A stretch of DNA of 64,000 bases from IMG/VR virus record IMGVR_UViG_3300048851_000098, positions 60,172-124,171 of that record, one strand, 5' to 3'. A model generated the notes under the pieces. The model saw nothing but the letters and a program-made list of their open reading frames with translations. It did no database searches and was not told where the DNA came from. The translations under genes and the position numbers were made by a program. The stretch's first letter is position 1. Every line of letters starts with the position of its first letter. Of this stretch, positions 25,801 to 35,790 are shown piece after piece. The stretch comes from a virus.

Positions 25801-26679
25801 TTACTCCTCTCCACTACTTTCATTGCTAACCGCCGTTGCGGTCAGCACGTTGTCAGAACCAACGATGCGAGGAAAAGGTTCCTTCACGCGCCACGTCAGT
25901 TGCATCAGTCTGTCACCGTTATAGAAGGCGTTGAATGCCTTCACGATGAATGCGGTTGCCATGATCGGCGGCACTCGCTTCAGGTCAGATGCTCTCTCGC
26001 GAAGCATCCGGTTGCGGAGCGTGAAAATCGGACTATCTTCGGCAAGACCGGCACCACTGCCAATCTGTTCGAAGAAATCCGTAGCAATATCTTCATCCAC
26101 AACTGAGAAGAGAAAATGAAGAGCTGCGATATCGGTCTTCTGAAGGATCTCAGCGCCGGCCCCTCTACGTGATGAGAACGTAACGGATCGCCGCAGATCA
26201 CCGTGCCGATTCAGAAATTCGAGTGCTTGATTGTTGCTCGTTTGGTGACGCGGGCCGTAGGGGACGCCGGTCCGTTCGTACGCGACGCACTTTCGCAGTG
26301 CTGAAGCAAGCACGTATACGTTCGTCTCTCTGCGAAGTCGCAGAGTGTCTGCGAGCGTACGCGCCGCTCCGGTGTCCATCGTCTCTTGTGTCGCATCGGC
26401 GACCCCTCTCACGACGAGTGACACCATTGGCGTGTTGCCCTCGATGATTGCCAGAAGTCGATTCTGACCGTCGAGCAGACGACCTGTGTTAGCGAAAATG
26501 ATCGTCTCGCCATTGATATTCCATCTTCCCGCCTGCATGTCTTCTGCGTACTGCGTGATCTTGCGATCCCGTGATCGACGGTTATGCGTGTTCTGACCGA
26601 TCCACTTCTCGGCAATCTCCGGAGTGATCTGAATCAGATCTACTTGGAGGTTTACACCGAATCTTCTGATACGAGCCAT
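25801..26679 (-). CDS. ParB/Srx-like N-terminal domain protein
   Basis: ITPEIAEKWI..NTHNRR ... DMQAGRW..NGETI ... LLDGQNRLLAI ... MDTGAART; start 26679 after AAAGGATCAG. Confidence 0.8.
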   Translation of the reverse strand: MARIRRFGVNLQVDLIQITPEIAEKWIGQNTHNRRSRDRKITQYAEDMQAGRWNINGETIIFANTGRLLDGQNRLLAIIEGNTPMVSLVVRGVADATQETMDTGAARTLADTLRLRRETNVYVLASALRKCVAYERTGVPYGPRHQTSNNQALEFLNRHGDLRRSVTFSSRRGAGAEILQKTDIAALHFLFSVVDEDIATDFFEQIGSGAGLAEDSPIFTLRNRMLRERASDLKRVPPIMATAFIVKAFNAFYNGDRLMQLTWRVKEPFPRIVGSDNVLTATAVSNESSGEE

Positions 26680-26809
26680 TCTGATCCTTTCCCGTGATCT
26701 GGTGTGCTGGCCGAACACTACCAGAAACGGCTTACATGCGGTGACTTTCACAGATACGGGCTACAAGCAATAAGCGCCTGTAGCCCCGTATTTCTGCGAC
26801 TAGTTGGTG

Positions 26810-27637
26810 TTAGCTCGGGTTCACTGCGCCGAGCTTCAGCGCGTCGATCTTGGCAGCTCCGATTTCACCAGGATCAGAACCCTGACTGATGAGTGCGAAG
26901 CACCGCACTTCGAGAACCGTCTCACTTGCGAACGTCTGCTGAGCACCGAGATTGATTCCGACTCGATATCCGGGTGTTCCGCTCTCGCTGTTGTTGTAGA
27001 ACGATGCGTAGAACGTGTCGATGTTCGCGCTGTCCGTCGCGTTGACGAGATTGCACCGAGTGCGCGAGATCAGACCGCCGTCGCCATCGACAGCCGGCGC
27101 GATGGCGCTGACGCTGCTGGTGATCATGTACGTTCCGGCCGGGACCGTGAGAGTCGTCTGAGTGGTCCCCTTGAGCGTGTAGTCGCCCGCGTCGGTATCT
27201 ACGTCCGCAGCACGCCGACCACCGATGCCGTTGGTGTAGAGAGCGACTGACGCATCGGTTCCAGGCTCACCCTGTGGGCCTTGCGGACCCTGAGCGCCGT
27301 CCTCGCCGTCTCTCCCATTCGCACCCGGCGCACCATTGGTGCCGTCTCTTCCCGCCGGCCCTTGCGCGCCGTCGAGTCCCTTCGCACCGTTGATCCCGTT
27401 GGCGCCGTCCTTGCCATTGGCGCCCGGAGTGCCGGCAGGCCCCTGCGGACCGACAGGTCCCGGCTTTCCTGTCTTGTTCAGCTTGCTCGTGACGCCAGGA
27501 GCGAGATCCTTCTGCTGAATCGATCTGTCCTTGATGTCCTTGCTCCCGATGAGAGAGCCTGCCGTAGCGAATGCGCCACCGCTGATGAAAACGCCCACGA
27601 GCACGAAACTCAGGGCAAAGAGGATCTTTCTCCTCAT
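26810..27637 (-). CDS. Secreted collagen-like protein
   Basis: Signal peptide ([24 protein letters not shown]); 24 consecutive Gly-X-Y triplets; beta-rich C-terminal domain. Confidence 0.85.
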   Translation of the reverse strand: MRRKILFALSFVLVGVFISGGAFATAGSLIGSKDIKDRSIQQKDLAPGVTSKLNKTGKPGPVGPQGPAGTPGANGKDGANGINGAKGLDGAQGPAGRDGTNGAPGANGRDGEDGAQGPQGPQGEPGTDASVALYTNGIGGRRAADVDTDAGDYTLKGTTQTTLTVPAGTYMITSSVSAIAPAVDGDGGLISRTRCNLVNATDSANIDTFYASFYNNSESGTPGYRVGINLGAQQTFASETVLEVRCFALISQGSDPGEIGAAKIDALKLGAVNPS

Positions 27638-27709
27638 TTTGGCTGATCCTTTCTGTTGTTGGCGATACAGCCGGACTACAGGGTAACACAGAACCCCAAA
27701 GTCCACAAG

Positions 27710-28168
27710 CTACTTCTGACGCTTCTCTTCTGTGATCTTGTGAATGGTTGCTGTCAGGACCAAATGCGTTCTCATGAAGAGATCGAACACCTTCAGAATT
27801 CTTGCGTCAATTTTGCCTTCGATGCCCGGTTCGTTTACTGCTTCTTCCAGATCAATAGTGCCCATGAGGGCGGTCTGACAGGCAGCAATCATGGTTCGCA
27901 TAAATCTTGCTTCGTGAGAATCATCCATCCATTCGGACAGATATTCCGCGAATGCGCTGGTGATCACACGCGGCTTTTCTGCTTCAGGCAGATTGAGGAA
28001 AGCGCCAAGCGACATATCCCCAATATTGAGATCGCCCTCGTCAAGTTCGATATCATCGAAAACCGACTGACTTGGCTTGGTGATCTCGATACCGACCATC
28101 TGAATATTATCGCCTTCAATTCCGAGTTTTCTCAGAATCTCTTCCACTTGATCGTCAGTGAGTCTCAT
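27710..28168 (-). CDS. Hypothetical acidic protein
   Basis: TAATG-coupled to the oxidoreductase gene. Confidence 0.65.
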   Translation of the reverse strand: MRLTDDQVEEILRKLGIEGDNIQMVGIEITKPSQSVFDDIELDEGDLNIGDMSLGAFLNLPEAEKPRVITSAFAEYLSEWMDDSHEARFMRTMIAACQTALMGTIDLEEAVNEPGIEGKIDARILKVFDLFMRTHLVLTATIHKITEEKRQK

Positions 28169-29715
28169 TATCGTGTTGTCCGGGTAGGGGATTCGAGCCG
28201 GCTTGCCAGCAATGCTGTGCGGTCGGCATAACGGAACAGAGCTGCGCTGTTCTCGGGAATTCTTTCGATTCGACGGCGCTCGTTGTCATTGATCGGAATC
28301 TGTGCGCCAGGTCCGATTTGCACGACCTCTTGGCCCGTGTATCGGGTTCCGACAATTCGACCGCCGAAATCGGCGAATACTGTTTCGCCCCACTCAGGAA
28401 TTTGAATGCTCTGCTCAGCCGGACGAAAGCCAGTGCAGAGAATCGCCCAATCGTAGGGAACCTCTCGCACCCGCACACCTTCGTAAGAAGGTTCTATATC
28501 TGTCTTGTCGCGCACCGGAAAGATTCGAGAGGTTTTCACTTCACTAGAGTTCTTCGGGAAATAACGGCTCAAGCCCTTGTAGCGTGAGCGAACACATCTT
28601 TCCCATTCAGAGCGATACGCTGATTCTTGGAGAAAGCCCAGGCCAAACCAGGCGATCTTTCTCGGGTAGTCGAGCGCTGCGACGGACATGCCAGTAGACG
28701 GCCCTTGGCCCGTCAGCGCCTCCACCACTGTCTTTCCGGAGTCACCACCCCCGATCACGGCCACACGATCCATTCCGCGCAGGGGGAACGGCTGGTCCAT
28801 TCTTGCCATGAATTCGGTGAAGGTGATGATGCGAGGATCGGCAACTGGCGGCGGCAGTGGCTCGCCGAGTCCCTTCGCCACGATGATCCGATCAGTGAAT
28901 ATGAATCTGTTGTCCTGCTCTGTGACAATCAGATATCTGCGAAGACCAGGATCAGCGAATCTGTTATTCGTGTTCTGTATCCGTGTAACTCTCGCATTAG
29001 TCATCACATCGGCGTTCATCGCCAACGCAACGCGAATCGCCAGTGCAAGATCCGTATTGCGCTGATATTCGTCACCGCTCAGATCTGAAGGCTGGATCGG
29101 ACCACCAGGAATGACGTTGAGTGCAGTCCCTCCCGAACCTGATCCGGGAAGTCCGATGGTGCCGGGGCGATTGCGAGAATTCAGATAGAAAGCAGCTTGC
29201 TTGCTCATCGCGAAGGCACCACCGACGCGAGGCCCGCTTTCGAGCACGAGCGGTCTAGGAAAGCCGCGCTGGCGCCGCACAGAGCAGTAGATAGCGGCGT
29301 GGAGGCCACCACCGATCACCACTTCCTCGGCATCGTAGATGCGCTCGCTCTGATCCCAAATCGTGTCGAGCTGATTCTCGAATTCAGTACGACTTGAAGA
29401 GTCCATCGCAATAGCAGCGATTCGCGCAGCTATCGGAGTAGAGAATTCCGCCTCGCGTTCCAACATCAAATCCATGATGCTGGAATCCATGTTTCTGCTG
29501 ATCTCTACCAGAGCACGCTCGAATTGCGGAATCTTCTCAAACGGAGATGAATAGAAGAGCGAGCTATCGAAATCACTGTCATTAATGCGTACAGTGATAG
29601 ATCCAGTTTTCACAATACCGCCGGACGCATAAGCGGTAGCAGGAATCTCTTCTGTTTTTGTCAGGTCTGCCAGCTCTTCTCTGGTAACTGACCTGATATC
29701 GCTCCACCCTGCCAC
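28168..29715 (-). CDS. FAD/NAD(P)-binding oxidoreductase-like protein
   Basis: Two Rossmann glycine motifs (VVIGGGLHAA; VAVIGGGDSG), LVLESGPRVGGAF, IIVAKGLG, ILCTGF. Confidence 0.75.
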   Translation of the reverse strand: MAGWSDIRSVTREELADLTKTEEIPATAYASGGIVKTGSITVRINDSDFDSSLFYSSPFEKIPQFERALVEISRNMDSSIMDLMLEREAEFSTPIAARIAAIAMDSSSRTEFENQLDTIWDQSERIYDAEEVVIGGGLHAAIYCSVRRQRGFPRPLVLESGPRVGGAFAMSKQAAFYLNSRNRPGTIGLPGSGSGGTALNVIPGGPIQPSDLSGDEYQRNTDLALAIRVALAMNADVMTNARVTRIQNTNNRFADPGLRRYLIVTEQDNRFIFTDRIIVAKGLGEPLPPPVADPRIITFTEFMARMDQPFPLRGMDRVAVIGGGDSGKTVVEALTGQGPSTGMSVAALDYPRKIAWFGLGFLQESAYRSEWERCVRSRYKGLSRYFPKNSSEVKTSRIFPVRDKTDIEPSYEGVRVREVPYDWAILCTGFRPAEQSIQIPEWGETVFADFGGRIVGTRYTGQEVVQIGPGAQIPINDNERRRIERIPENSAALFRYADRTALLASRLESPTRTTR

Positions 29716-29773
29716 GCTGATCCTTTCTGACAGTTTTCAGGCTATCGGTCTACATCATCTCATATGCGCTGCT

Positions 29774-30352
29774 TTAGAGCAAGTCGTTCTCTTCAAGCTT
29801 TTTCCGCAAAAGGCGCAAATTCTCAGTCAGACCTTCGACTTGCTCGTGAAGCTGCTGCTTTCCATTTTCGCGCTGAGTATGTCTTACGCGAATCAAAACA
29901 AATATGAACGGACTAGAGAACAGCAAGGCCACGAGGATTACTGGCAGGAGCCACGCCGGATTGATAATGAGACTCGTGATTGTTTCGCCGTAGTTTCTTG
30001 ACCATCCGCGCGTGTCTTCCCATGTCTGTTCACGCGAGCACTCAATATAAGTTTGTCCAGAATCGATTTGTTGAGTGAAACTCACGGGGTCGTTCTGACC
30101 AATAACTCTGTCTGAACAAACTTGGATATCTCTCGTAGTGGCATCTCTATCGAGCAGATAGGCAGATGCAGTGAGTTGTGTTACATCTGACGGCAGTCTG
30201 CCGCTGTGATTCCAGTCTTGGCGTCCGCTGACATCAAGCGCTATTGAGGCGATAATGAACGATGTAACGGCCAGACACAGCCAACCGAACATCCAACTGC
30301 CCCAATACTCATACCAGTGTGGAAGTTTCTTCATCTCTCGCCTATCCACCAC
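29774..30352 (-). CDS. Membrane protein with extracytoplasmic loop
   Basis: Two TM segments flanking a Cys-containing loop. Confidence 0.65.
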   Translation of the reverse strand: MVDRREMKKLPHWYEYWGSWMFGWLCLAVTSFIIASIALDVSGRQDWNHSGRLPSDVTQLTASAYLLDRDATTRDIQVCSDRVIGQNDPVSFTQQIDSGQTYIECSREQTWEDTRGWSRNYGETITSLIINPAWLLPVILVALLFSSPFIFVLIRVRHTQRENGKQQLHEQVEGLTENLRLLRKKLEENDLL

Positions 30353-30513
30353 GCGCGCATTTTCGATGATTGCTCATCGATTTGGACGAGTTCTGTTTCA
30401 ACCAGACCTTGTGATTCGAGTTCGAGCACCATTGGCAGGACAGGCGCATCGCGACGATCTATCACGATTGTTCTGCCTGCTTTCAGGCCCTCGATCAGTT
30501 CACCCATGGTCAT
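30331..30513 (-). CDS. Hypothetical protein
   Basis: Coupled ORF. Confidence 0.55.
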   Translation of the reverse strand: MTMGELIEGLKAGRTIVIDRRDAPVLPMVLELESQGLVETELVQIDEQSSKMRAWWIGER

Positions 30514-30974
30514 TCGAATCTCACCAGCTCATCCGCGATATGGAGAGTAAGAGTATCTTCGAGATCCCATTCGCAAATGAGACTCCACAAATTATCCCAC
30601 TCTTTGACTTTTTCAATTACATCTGCAACAGTGGGATTTTCAGGGATATCCTCTTCATCAGGCCAAATCTCATCAAGAGTGAGATCAGAAGTACCTGTTA
30701 TCTCAAAATGAAATGTCTTTGGTGAATTGGAAGCAGCTTCATCGTTTCTGACTGACACGGTTGTTACAGATGATTCATGCATCATGATGTGTCTAAGTAC
30801 GCGCGATGGATCTCCCAGCGCCGCTACACGCGCTTTGTGAGCGGTTGTACGTCTGGCATGGCACTCACCGAGAATCGGAAATCCTTCTCTGTCTTTACAG
30901 AATTCGCCTGCATCTGCACAACATTCTGGACACGCGGTAATCGTTATTGCCGCTTCGAAACTATCGATCTTCAC
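30510..30974 (-). CDS. Zinc-finger-containing hypothetical protein
   Basis: CPECCA..GEFC...CHARR motif of actinophage zinc fingers. Confidence 0.6.
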   Translation of the reverse strand: MKIDSFEAAITITACPECCADAGEFCKDREGFPILGECHARRTTAHKARVAALGDPSRVLRHIMMHESSVTTVSVRNDEAASNSPKTFHFEITGTSDLTLDEIWPDEEDIPENPTVADVIEKVKEWDNLWSLICEWDLEDTLTLHIADELVRFE

Positions 30975-31966
30975 AGTCCCGCACCCCCAAGTGCCAGATC
31001 GAACGCATTTGCCTTGAATGAGCCGGGATCATCTATGGCGCGCTGAAAGCGACCGCCATCCTTGCGTTCCTCGCGCATCCAATCGGCATGCTCCACAGCA
31101 GCGTTGTAGAGGCTCCACCACGAGCGCGGGGAGTTGCCAGTGGTGTCGCCATCGGGGCCGTGGCCCTCGAAAATGAGCTGGACCTGTTCACGTGCCGCCT
31201 CGCGATTCCGTCTCTGACGCTCGCCTGTCTGATCGGTAATCGGAAACAGTCCGCTCAGGTAGGCGCGAACATCGGCTTGGGAGGGGATCGCCATAGCGAG
31301 CAGATCACCCAACGCCTTGAACTGTTCGTAGTAGTTGACGGTGACTCTGAGCACATTTGCAGCGTTTTCCATCTTCGCTTGCATGTTGCCCAGGTGTCGA
31401 AGCGTGTAGGTCCGGTCAGCGTTGTAGTCGTGCGCGAGCCTTACAGCCGCCGTGACGGTGTTCTGACAGACGATGCGGATCGGGGTCACCGCCGCAGTGA
31501 TAGAGCGCTTGCCGTCGTGAGCATTCTCGATGAATGCGTACTGGCCGATGGCGTCGCCGCCGACCTCGATGTAGTCAGGGATCTTGAGCATTACCCATAC
31601 ACGTCTGCCGTTCATCAACGAACCGGCAGTTTCGAAATGCATCTCAGACTGGAAGATTCCAGACAGGAAAGAGAATGCTTCGATGTTCTGCACTGGCGAA
31701 TAACGTCTAGAGACGATGCCAAGTGATGCACCTGTATCACTTCGCACGTTTGCAAAATAGCCAGGAATTGCTGTGAATGTTGGTTCATCCAGACTATTCA
31801 GGCTGTGATAAGCAATTGGCTTCTGAACGACATCCCAGGCGAGCCCGGAAAGATGAATCGCTTCTTCAATGCTGTCGGGCGCCTTGTCGAGCACAGCCCC
31901 CAGGCCGTGCCACGGCACTTCCCGTACAGAGAACATGTGATCGTCTTGATTGATTCCCGCCGGCAT
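30971..31966 (-). CDS. DUF932/DUF945 family protein (TIGR03299-like), copy 1
   Basis: REVPWHGLG, VRSDTG..LGIVS.RY.PVQN.EAF, ETAGSL.NGRRVW, HDG, TPIRIVCQNT. Confidence 0.9.
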   Translation of the reverse strand: MPAGINQDDHMFSVREVPWHGLGAVLDKAPDSIEEAIHLSGLAWDVVQKPIAYHSLNSLDEPTFTAIPGYFANVRSDTGASLGIVSRRYSPVQNIEAFSFLSGIFQSEMHFETAGSLMNGRRVWVMLKIPDYIEVGGDAIGQYAFIENAHDGKRSITAAVTPIRIVCQNTVTAAVRLAHDYNADRTYTLRHLGNMQAKMENAANVLRVTVNYYEQFKALGDLLAMAIPSQADVRAYLSGLFPITDQTGERQRRNREAAREQVQLIFEGHGPDGDTTGNSPRSWWSLYNAAVEHADWMREERKDGGRFQRAIDDPGSFKANAFDLALGGAGL

Positions 31967-31976
31967 TTCTGATCCT

Positions 31977-32429
31977 TTATCTTGCGGTTCTGTGTTTGAT
32001 GTGCGCTTTCATGACAGCCGCTTTGTCGTCAGACCACATGCCTCTCAGATCATCGAACTGTGGCAATCCGTTCTTTGCTCGTTCGATCTCCAAACGACGG
32101 CGATCATCAGACCACATTTTGCGAAGCTGTCGTTGTCTTTCTTGATCTGCTTTATTTTTGTTGTTTGGCTCATATGGACCAAACTCATCGATAAGTCGAT
32201 GAATCAGATCGATAATCGGATGCGATTTATCTCTCTGAGGCTTTGTTTCTTCTATTGCTGAAAGCGCAGTCGCTACATCCACACCAGCTTCGATTTCCTG
32301 AATCACGTTAGTAGCGACTCGCCATCTGCGGTTTGCATCCTCGATCTTTTCTTTCGCTGCAACCAGACCTAACCATGAACCGGCACCAATTCCAGCGATA
32401 AAGATTACAAGTGCGATCAAGAGTTCCAT
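31977..32429 (-). CDS. Membrane-anchored hypothetical protein
   Basis: N-terminal TM; AAAGGATCAG start. Confidence 0.7.
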   Translation of the reverse strand: MELLIALVIFIAGIGAGSWLGLVAAKEKIEDANRRWRVATNVIQEIEAGVDVATALSAIEETKPQRDKSHPIIDLIHRLIDEFGPYEPNNKNKADQERQRQLRKMWSDDRRRLEIERAKNGLPQFDDLRGMWSDDKAAVMKAHIKHRTAR

Positions 32430-32504
32430 TGCTGATCCTTTACGTCAAACGCACAGTGGCGAGGCCGAAGCCCCGCCACATTGCGCATTTCGTTGTTACT
32501 GGTG

Positions 32505-34022
32505 TTACTTCTCGGCCGGAACGAACACGCCCGTTTCGCCGATGCGAGGCATGTCGATGTTGGTCTTTCTGAGACGCGAGTCCACCGCTTCGTCCACCAC
32601 GCGCGTGAGGCTGACCGTCAGCGGCTCTCTCGTCGCGTCCTCCTGCGCTTCCTCCATCAGTCTGAGCTGATCGCGCAGACCGTTGGCAGCGTGGACGAAA
32701 TCGTCCGTCGTGAGCTTCTTCGGACGCCCTCTCTCGCGCCCGATTGCGTAGCGCTGCGCGCGGTCGATGGCTTCCTTGACGAACGCCGGCATGTAGCCGT
32801 CCATCGCTCTGCCGATGGCGTCGTAATCGAGGTTGTCGAACAGGTCGTTTCTGACCGTTGCCTCGATCATGCGTTGCACGCCGTGCGTGTCGAGCGCGCC
32901 GATGTGGATAACGGCGTCGAGACGGCCGGGACGCACCATGCCCTTGTGAATGCGCTCGGCGTGGTTGGTGGTCAGAATCGCCACCAGTTCGGTTCCCTTG
33001 GCGGTAATGCCGTCGAACATGTCGAGCAGCTCGGAAACCGCGTCAGTGCCTCTCTCAGGTGTGGAAACGGCGTCCACGTCCTCGAAAAACACCACCGATG
33101 GCTGATAGAGCCGGGCGGTCGCCATGACCTCGCTCAGATCGTCCTTGTTCGGACGGCAGAAGATGAACGTCCACCCGTTCTTGACGGCCTTCTGAGCGGT
33201 CAACAGGGCGGCCAGCGACTTGCCGGTACCGTACGGACCTTCGAGCAGAACCGAGCGCTTGAGGGGCAGGCCAAGCTCTCGATTGAGTCTGGTCTGTTCC
33301 AGCAGCGTGAAGACGTTCGCGCCGAGCTGCGTGATCACTTCGTCGGAATAGATCACTCTGCTGGCGTGGACTGCGTTCTGATCCAGGAACGTCGGATCGG
33401 TCGAGCCGTAGATCGCTCTGCCCTTGTAGATGGAACGCTCGCGCAGCTCCTCGCCGATTGCCTGAAACAGGCCCTCGACGTGAGTAGCGAACTTCTTCGG
33501 AGCAGTGATCGACAGCTTGAAGAGCTGGCCCAGCTCAGAATCGATGGTGTAGCCGAATTCCATCGTGCCTTGCAGCACGGGCATGGAGATCTCGCCCCAC
33601 GGCACCTGCACCGTGTCAGTCAGGGAGATCGGAATCGAGATCATCTGCGGCGGCTGGTAGCCACCGAAGAAAGACCATGTGCCCTTGCCGATGCCCGTCG
33701 TACCGAAGATGCGTCTGGTGGCAGCCAGAACGGCGTGCGCGCCATCCCACGGGCGGAACTTGAACACGCGGGAGAATTCCGTCTCCTTCTCCTGCGCCTC
33801 CATGTGCTGTCTGAGGAACTTGATCACTGCCGGGATCGACATTCCCTCGGGCAGAACGATCTGCTTGCCCGTGTGAATGATGTCCTCGTTGGTGACGCGC
33901 TTCCCGCCGATCTCCGCGAGAATTGCGAGCTGCTGCTTTTCGAGCTGTTCCTCTGACGTAAGTCTGCGACGGCCGTTGCCGTTCGTCTCCTCCACGTCCA
34001 CTTCCATCAGGTCTGTTGCCAT
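32505..34022 (-). CDS. AAA+ ATPase (classic clade) with long N-terminal domain
   Basis: Walker A GPYGTGKS, Walker B VVFFEDVD, sensor TTNH, SRH RPGRLD; likely start MATDL at 34022. Confidence 0.9.
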   Translation of the reverse strand: MATDLMEVDVEETNGNGRRRLTSEEQLEKQQLAILAEIGGKRVTNEDIIHTGKQIVLPEGMSIPAVIKFLRQHMEAQEKETEFSRVFKFRPWDGAHAVLAATRRIFGTTGIGKGTWSFFGGYQPPQMISIPISLTDTVQVPWGEISMPVLQGTMEFGYTIDSELGQLFKLSITAPKKFATHVEGLFQAIGEELRERSIYKGRAIYGSTDPTFLDQNAVHASRVIYSDEVITQLGANVFTLLEQTRLNRELGLPLKRSVLLEGPYGTGKSLAALLTAQKAVKNGWTFIFCRPNKDDLSEVMATARLYQPSVVFFEDVDAVSTPERGTDAVSELLDMFDGITAKGTELVAILTTNHAERIHKGMVRPGRLDAVIHIGALDTHGVQRMIEATVRNDLFDNLDYDAIGRAMDGYMPAFVKEAIDRAQRYAIGRERGRPKKLTTDDFVHAANGLRDQLRLMEEAQEDATREPLTVSLTRVVDEAVDSRLRKTNIDMPRIGETGVFVPAEK

Positions 34023-34062
34023 TACTTGGCTGTCCCGCCTTTGTGTTGGTTTACACAACTAC

Positions 34063-34116
34063 CGATGCCCTCACCGGTAATGAGAGTTACGGGAATCGAA
34101 CCCGTCTACACCATCG
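34063..34116 (-). other. tRNA T-arm/minihelix-like hairpin element
   Basis: Minus strand: CGATG...ACGGG-TTCGATT-CCCGT-AA-CTCTCA-TTACCGG-TGAGGG-CATCG; perfect T arm but no canonical D or anticodon arm. Confidence 0.35.
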
Positions 34117-34402
34117 CTTCCGCAAGCTGCACTCTCAGCAAATCTGTTGCAGCAGACATTCTCGTCAGTTCTTCGGGATCACCTTCGAAATTCGCCTCTT
34201 CAGTGCGGAGAATCCCAATGTATTCGATGCTCTGATCGATTACCTCTTGTCTCTCGCCTGAAATGGTGATCGCATCTCTGATCGTTACCGAATCGACTGT
34301 GAATCCCCCACCTTCAATCAGAGTTCTGACATACCAACCAAGAAAGGTTCCGCCTCGATTGATATTGAAATGCAGATTGTATTCAGCGCCAAGATCCACC
34401 AT
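34106..34402 (-). CDS. Hypothetical protein
   Basis: ORF in operon. Confidence 0.6.
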   Translation of the reverse strand: MVDLGAEYNLHFNINRGGTFLGWYVRTLIEGGGFTVDSVTIRDAITISGERQEVIDQSIEYIGILRTEEANFEGDPEELTRMSAATDLLRVQLAEAMV

Positions 34403-34655
34403 TTATTCTAAACTCGAAAGTTCCTCCGGTAGATTGAATAAATGCATCGACTTGCGACAGCAACTCGACCACGATTTCGGTCTGATCTTCGTAACCGCTA
34501 ATCGCCATTCCGCCGCGCTCTTCTGAGCGAAGAATGATGATCGAAGACAGGTCTTCCTGTTCTCTGATCACGTCCTGCATCTTTTTAGCCCACTGTGTGA
34601 GCCGGTCATGCGGACTGTCGGAACTTCTAATGTCTGTTGTGAGTGCCACTAGCAC
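34383..34655 (-). CDS. Hypothetical protein
   Basis: ORF in operon. Confidence 0.6.
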   Translation of the reverse strand: MLVALTTDIRSSDSPHDRLTQWAKKMQDVIREQEDLSSIIILRSEERGGMAISGYEDQTEIVVELLSQVDAFIQSTGGTFEFRINGGSWR

Positions 34656-34885
34656 GCTCGCTGGTACTTCTCTTCGACAGAGCCGGTGTCCTTCACGCGC
34701 TTCCAGCCGAGAGTTTCCATGTTGATATCGACATCACGGCTCGTACCTCTCTTGCGTGATCTCGCCATTCTCTTGGCCTCGACCATGGCCACATGGATCT
34801 CTCGCCGCAGAGCGCGGAGTCTCTTCGCCTCGCGCAGTCTATTGACGTGTCTGCGGTGTGTGATCTCGCGTGTTTTCAGGTTCAT
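34649..34885 (-). CDS. Arg-rich hypothetical protein
   Basis: ORF in operon. Confidence 0.55.
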   Translation of the reverse strand: MNLKTREITHRRHVNRLREAKRLRALRREIHVAMVEAKRMARSRKRGTSRDVDINMETLGWKRVKDTGSVEEKYQRAC

Positions 34886-34936
34886 TCTCGCCTTTTTTCT
34901 AACTGTTACGAACCCTACAGACTGGCTCGAAAGCTG

Positions 34937-35263
34937 TCAAGCCTCATCGTCCATGGGATATCTGTACTGTTCGAGCATTTGCGCCAGGGTGATACATGTT
35001 TCGTTTGGACCAGCGCGATTGAAGCTTATTACTTCTTCTGCTGACGAATTTGTATTTGTATAGCTAGTACCGGTTTCGTCTGCGCGGGCGATCCGGGCCT
35101 CGCCGGTTGCCAGGTCACGGGAAACCCCTTCTTCCGTGATGGTGTATTCGCTCGCAGCCTTCACCGCTTGCTCCCGCGTCATCACATACGACACGGGAGC
35201 ATCTACGACCTCTGACCACTCGATATATGCGTCATCACCAAGTTTCAGGAATGCACGACTCAT
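34937..35263 (-). CDS. Conserved phage hypothetical protein
   Basis: YIEWSEVVDAP...RADETGTS...FNRAGPNETCIT pattern. Confidence 0.65.
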   Translation of the reverse strand: MSRAFLKLGDDAYIEWSEVVDAPVSYVMTREQAVKAASEYTITEEGVSRDLATGEARIARADETGTSYTNTNSSAEEVISFNRAGPNETCITLAQMLEQYRYPMDDEA

Positions 35264-35339
35264 TAGATATAATACACCATGAGAGCTACAAACGCGAGAA
35301 ACATGATGATTTCGCCAATGCTGGCAGTGCGTGTTCTTC

Positions 35340-35639
35340 TCATGATTTGTTCTTTCGTGGTGGTGTGATTTCTCGGATTCGATTCATGACGATTGCCAGA
35401 CGAATGAGAACGTCTTGCTGAGCAAAACGGTCCCAATAGCCTCGACAAATCGCGTTGTTGCCATCAAGTGTTGAATGGCAGACAATGGTACCGCCTTCCT
35501 TGCTTCGAGCACTATCTACCATCTCGCGTACTCGACCCGACTTGAGCTGCATGCGGTTGCCGCTATGGAAAATGCATGTGTCGCACATTCTGGCGCACAC
35601 ATGCACATGATCATCTCGAAATACGTTGTGTTGATCCAT
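35340..35639 (-). CDS. Cys/His metal-binding protein
   Basis: CARMCDTCIF...IVCHSTL...AICRGYW. Confidence 0.65.
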   Translation of the reverse strand: MDQHNVFRDDHVHVCARMCDTCIFHSGNRMQLKSGRVREMVDSARSKEGGTIVCHSTLDGNNAICRGYWDRFAQQDVLIRLAIVMNRIREITPPRKNKS

Positions 35640-35790
35640 AGCGCTTCATCACCCATTTCACGTGTGCGATGAACCTGCGGTAGCGCCGCTCCGCAGCGAC
35701 AGGCGGATACCTCTTGACCTCGTGCCGGCGGGCTTGTTCTGTCCGCATATTCATGCCTTGCAACCCGTCACGCATGGCTTCATCTCCCCT

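Noticed and set aside
32481-33956. 491-aa + strand ORF
   Set aside because: Antisense shadow of the GC-rich AAA+ gene; no motifs or RBS.
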